Assembly: GCA_030141605.1 (NCBI GenBank)
Contig: JAQGDQ010000435.1
Span: 1 to 64,000, forward strand
Origin: Tubiluchus corallicola
Lineage: Eukaryota > Animalia > Priapulida
Length of the DNA stretch: 64,000 nt
Direction of reading: 5' to 3'
This document shows positions 63,871-64,000 of the stretch, piece by piece. A program made the translations under genes and the position numbers. The number at the start of each line of letters is the position of its first letter. Position 1 is the stretch's first letter. The notes below the pieces were generated by a model. That model had not been told where the DNA came from. It ran no database searches and saw only the letters and a program-made list of their open reading frames with translations.

Positions 63871-64000
63871 ACAACAATTAATTATTTTGAAAATTATTTT
63901 TATTTGTAAATACAAGACAAAAGCTATCACTTAAAGCATCTTCTGTCACAGAAGCAGAACCTTACCTCAGTTTTGGACAAAAACGCTCACTAGTAAGTGA

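Overview
AT-rich eukaryotic (invertebrate-animal-like) genomic DNA with GT-AG introns; not prokaryotic, and no CRISPR, rRNA or tRNA is supported. Positions 1-~50.3 kb hold the 3' part of one very large + strand gene that the ORF track breaks into fragments. Joining splice sites by hand gives 37 phase-consistent exons (8,313 nt, ~2,770 aa, 5'-incomplete). The product is a type-I membrane protein: Thr/Glu/Val heptad mucin stalk - 4 EGF - NIDO - AMOP - cadherin/Ig-like module - 20 EGF - TSP1 - juxtamembrane domain with two furin sites - TM - cytoplasmic tail. It is MUC4/SUSD2/Mesh-like but lacks the vWD/GDPH module. About 9 kb downstream is an intronless-CDS class A peptide GPCR (59132-60448) that has lost both activation tyrosines, Y5.58 and Y7.53. 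Introns contain hAT MITEs with TSDs, an antisense solo LTR, a decayed Penelope-like element, LINE fragments (two forming a ~560-bp inverted pair), a 43/129-bp higher-order minisatellite and microsatellites. A 485-bp tandem duplication with a templated junction lies after the gene. All exon calls are manual and need RNA-seq. Domain names come from motif recognition, not database searches.
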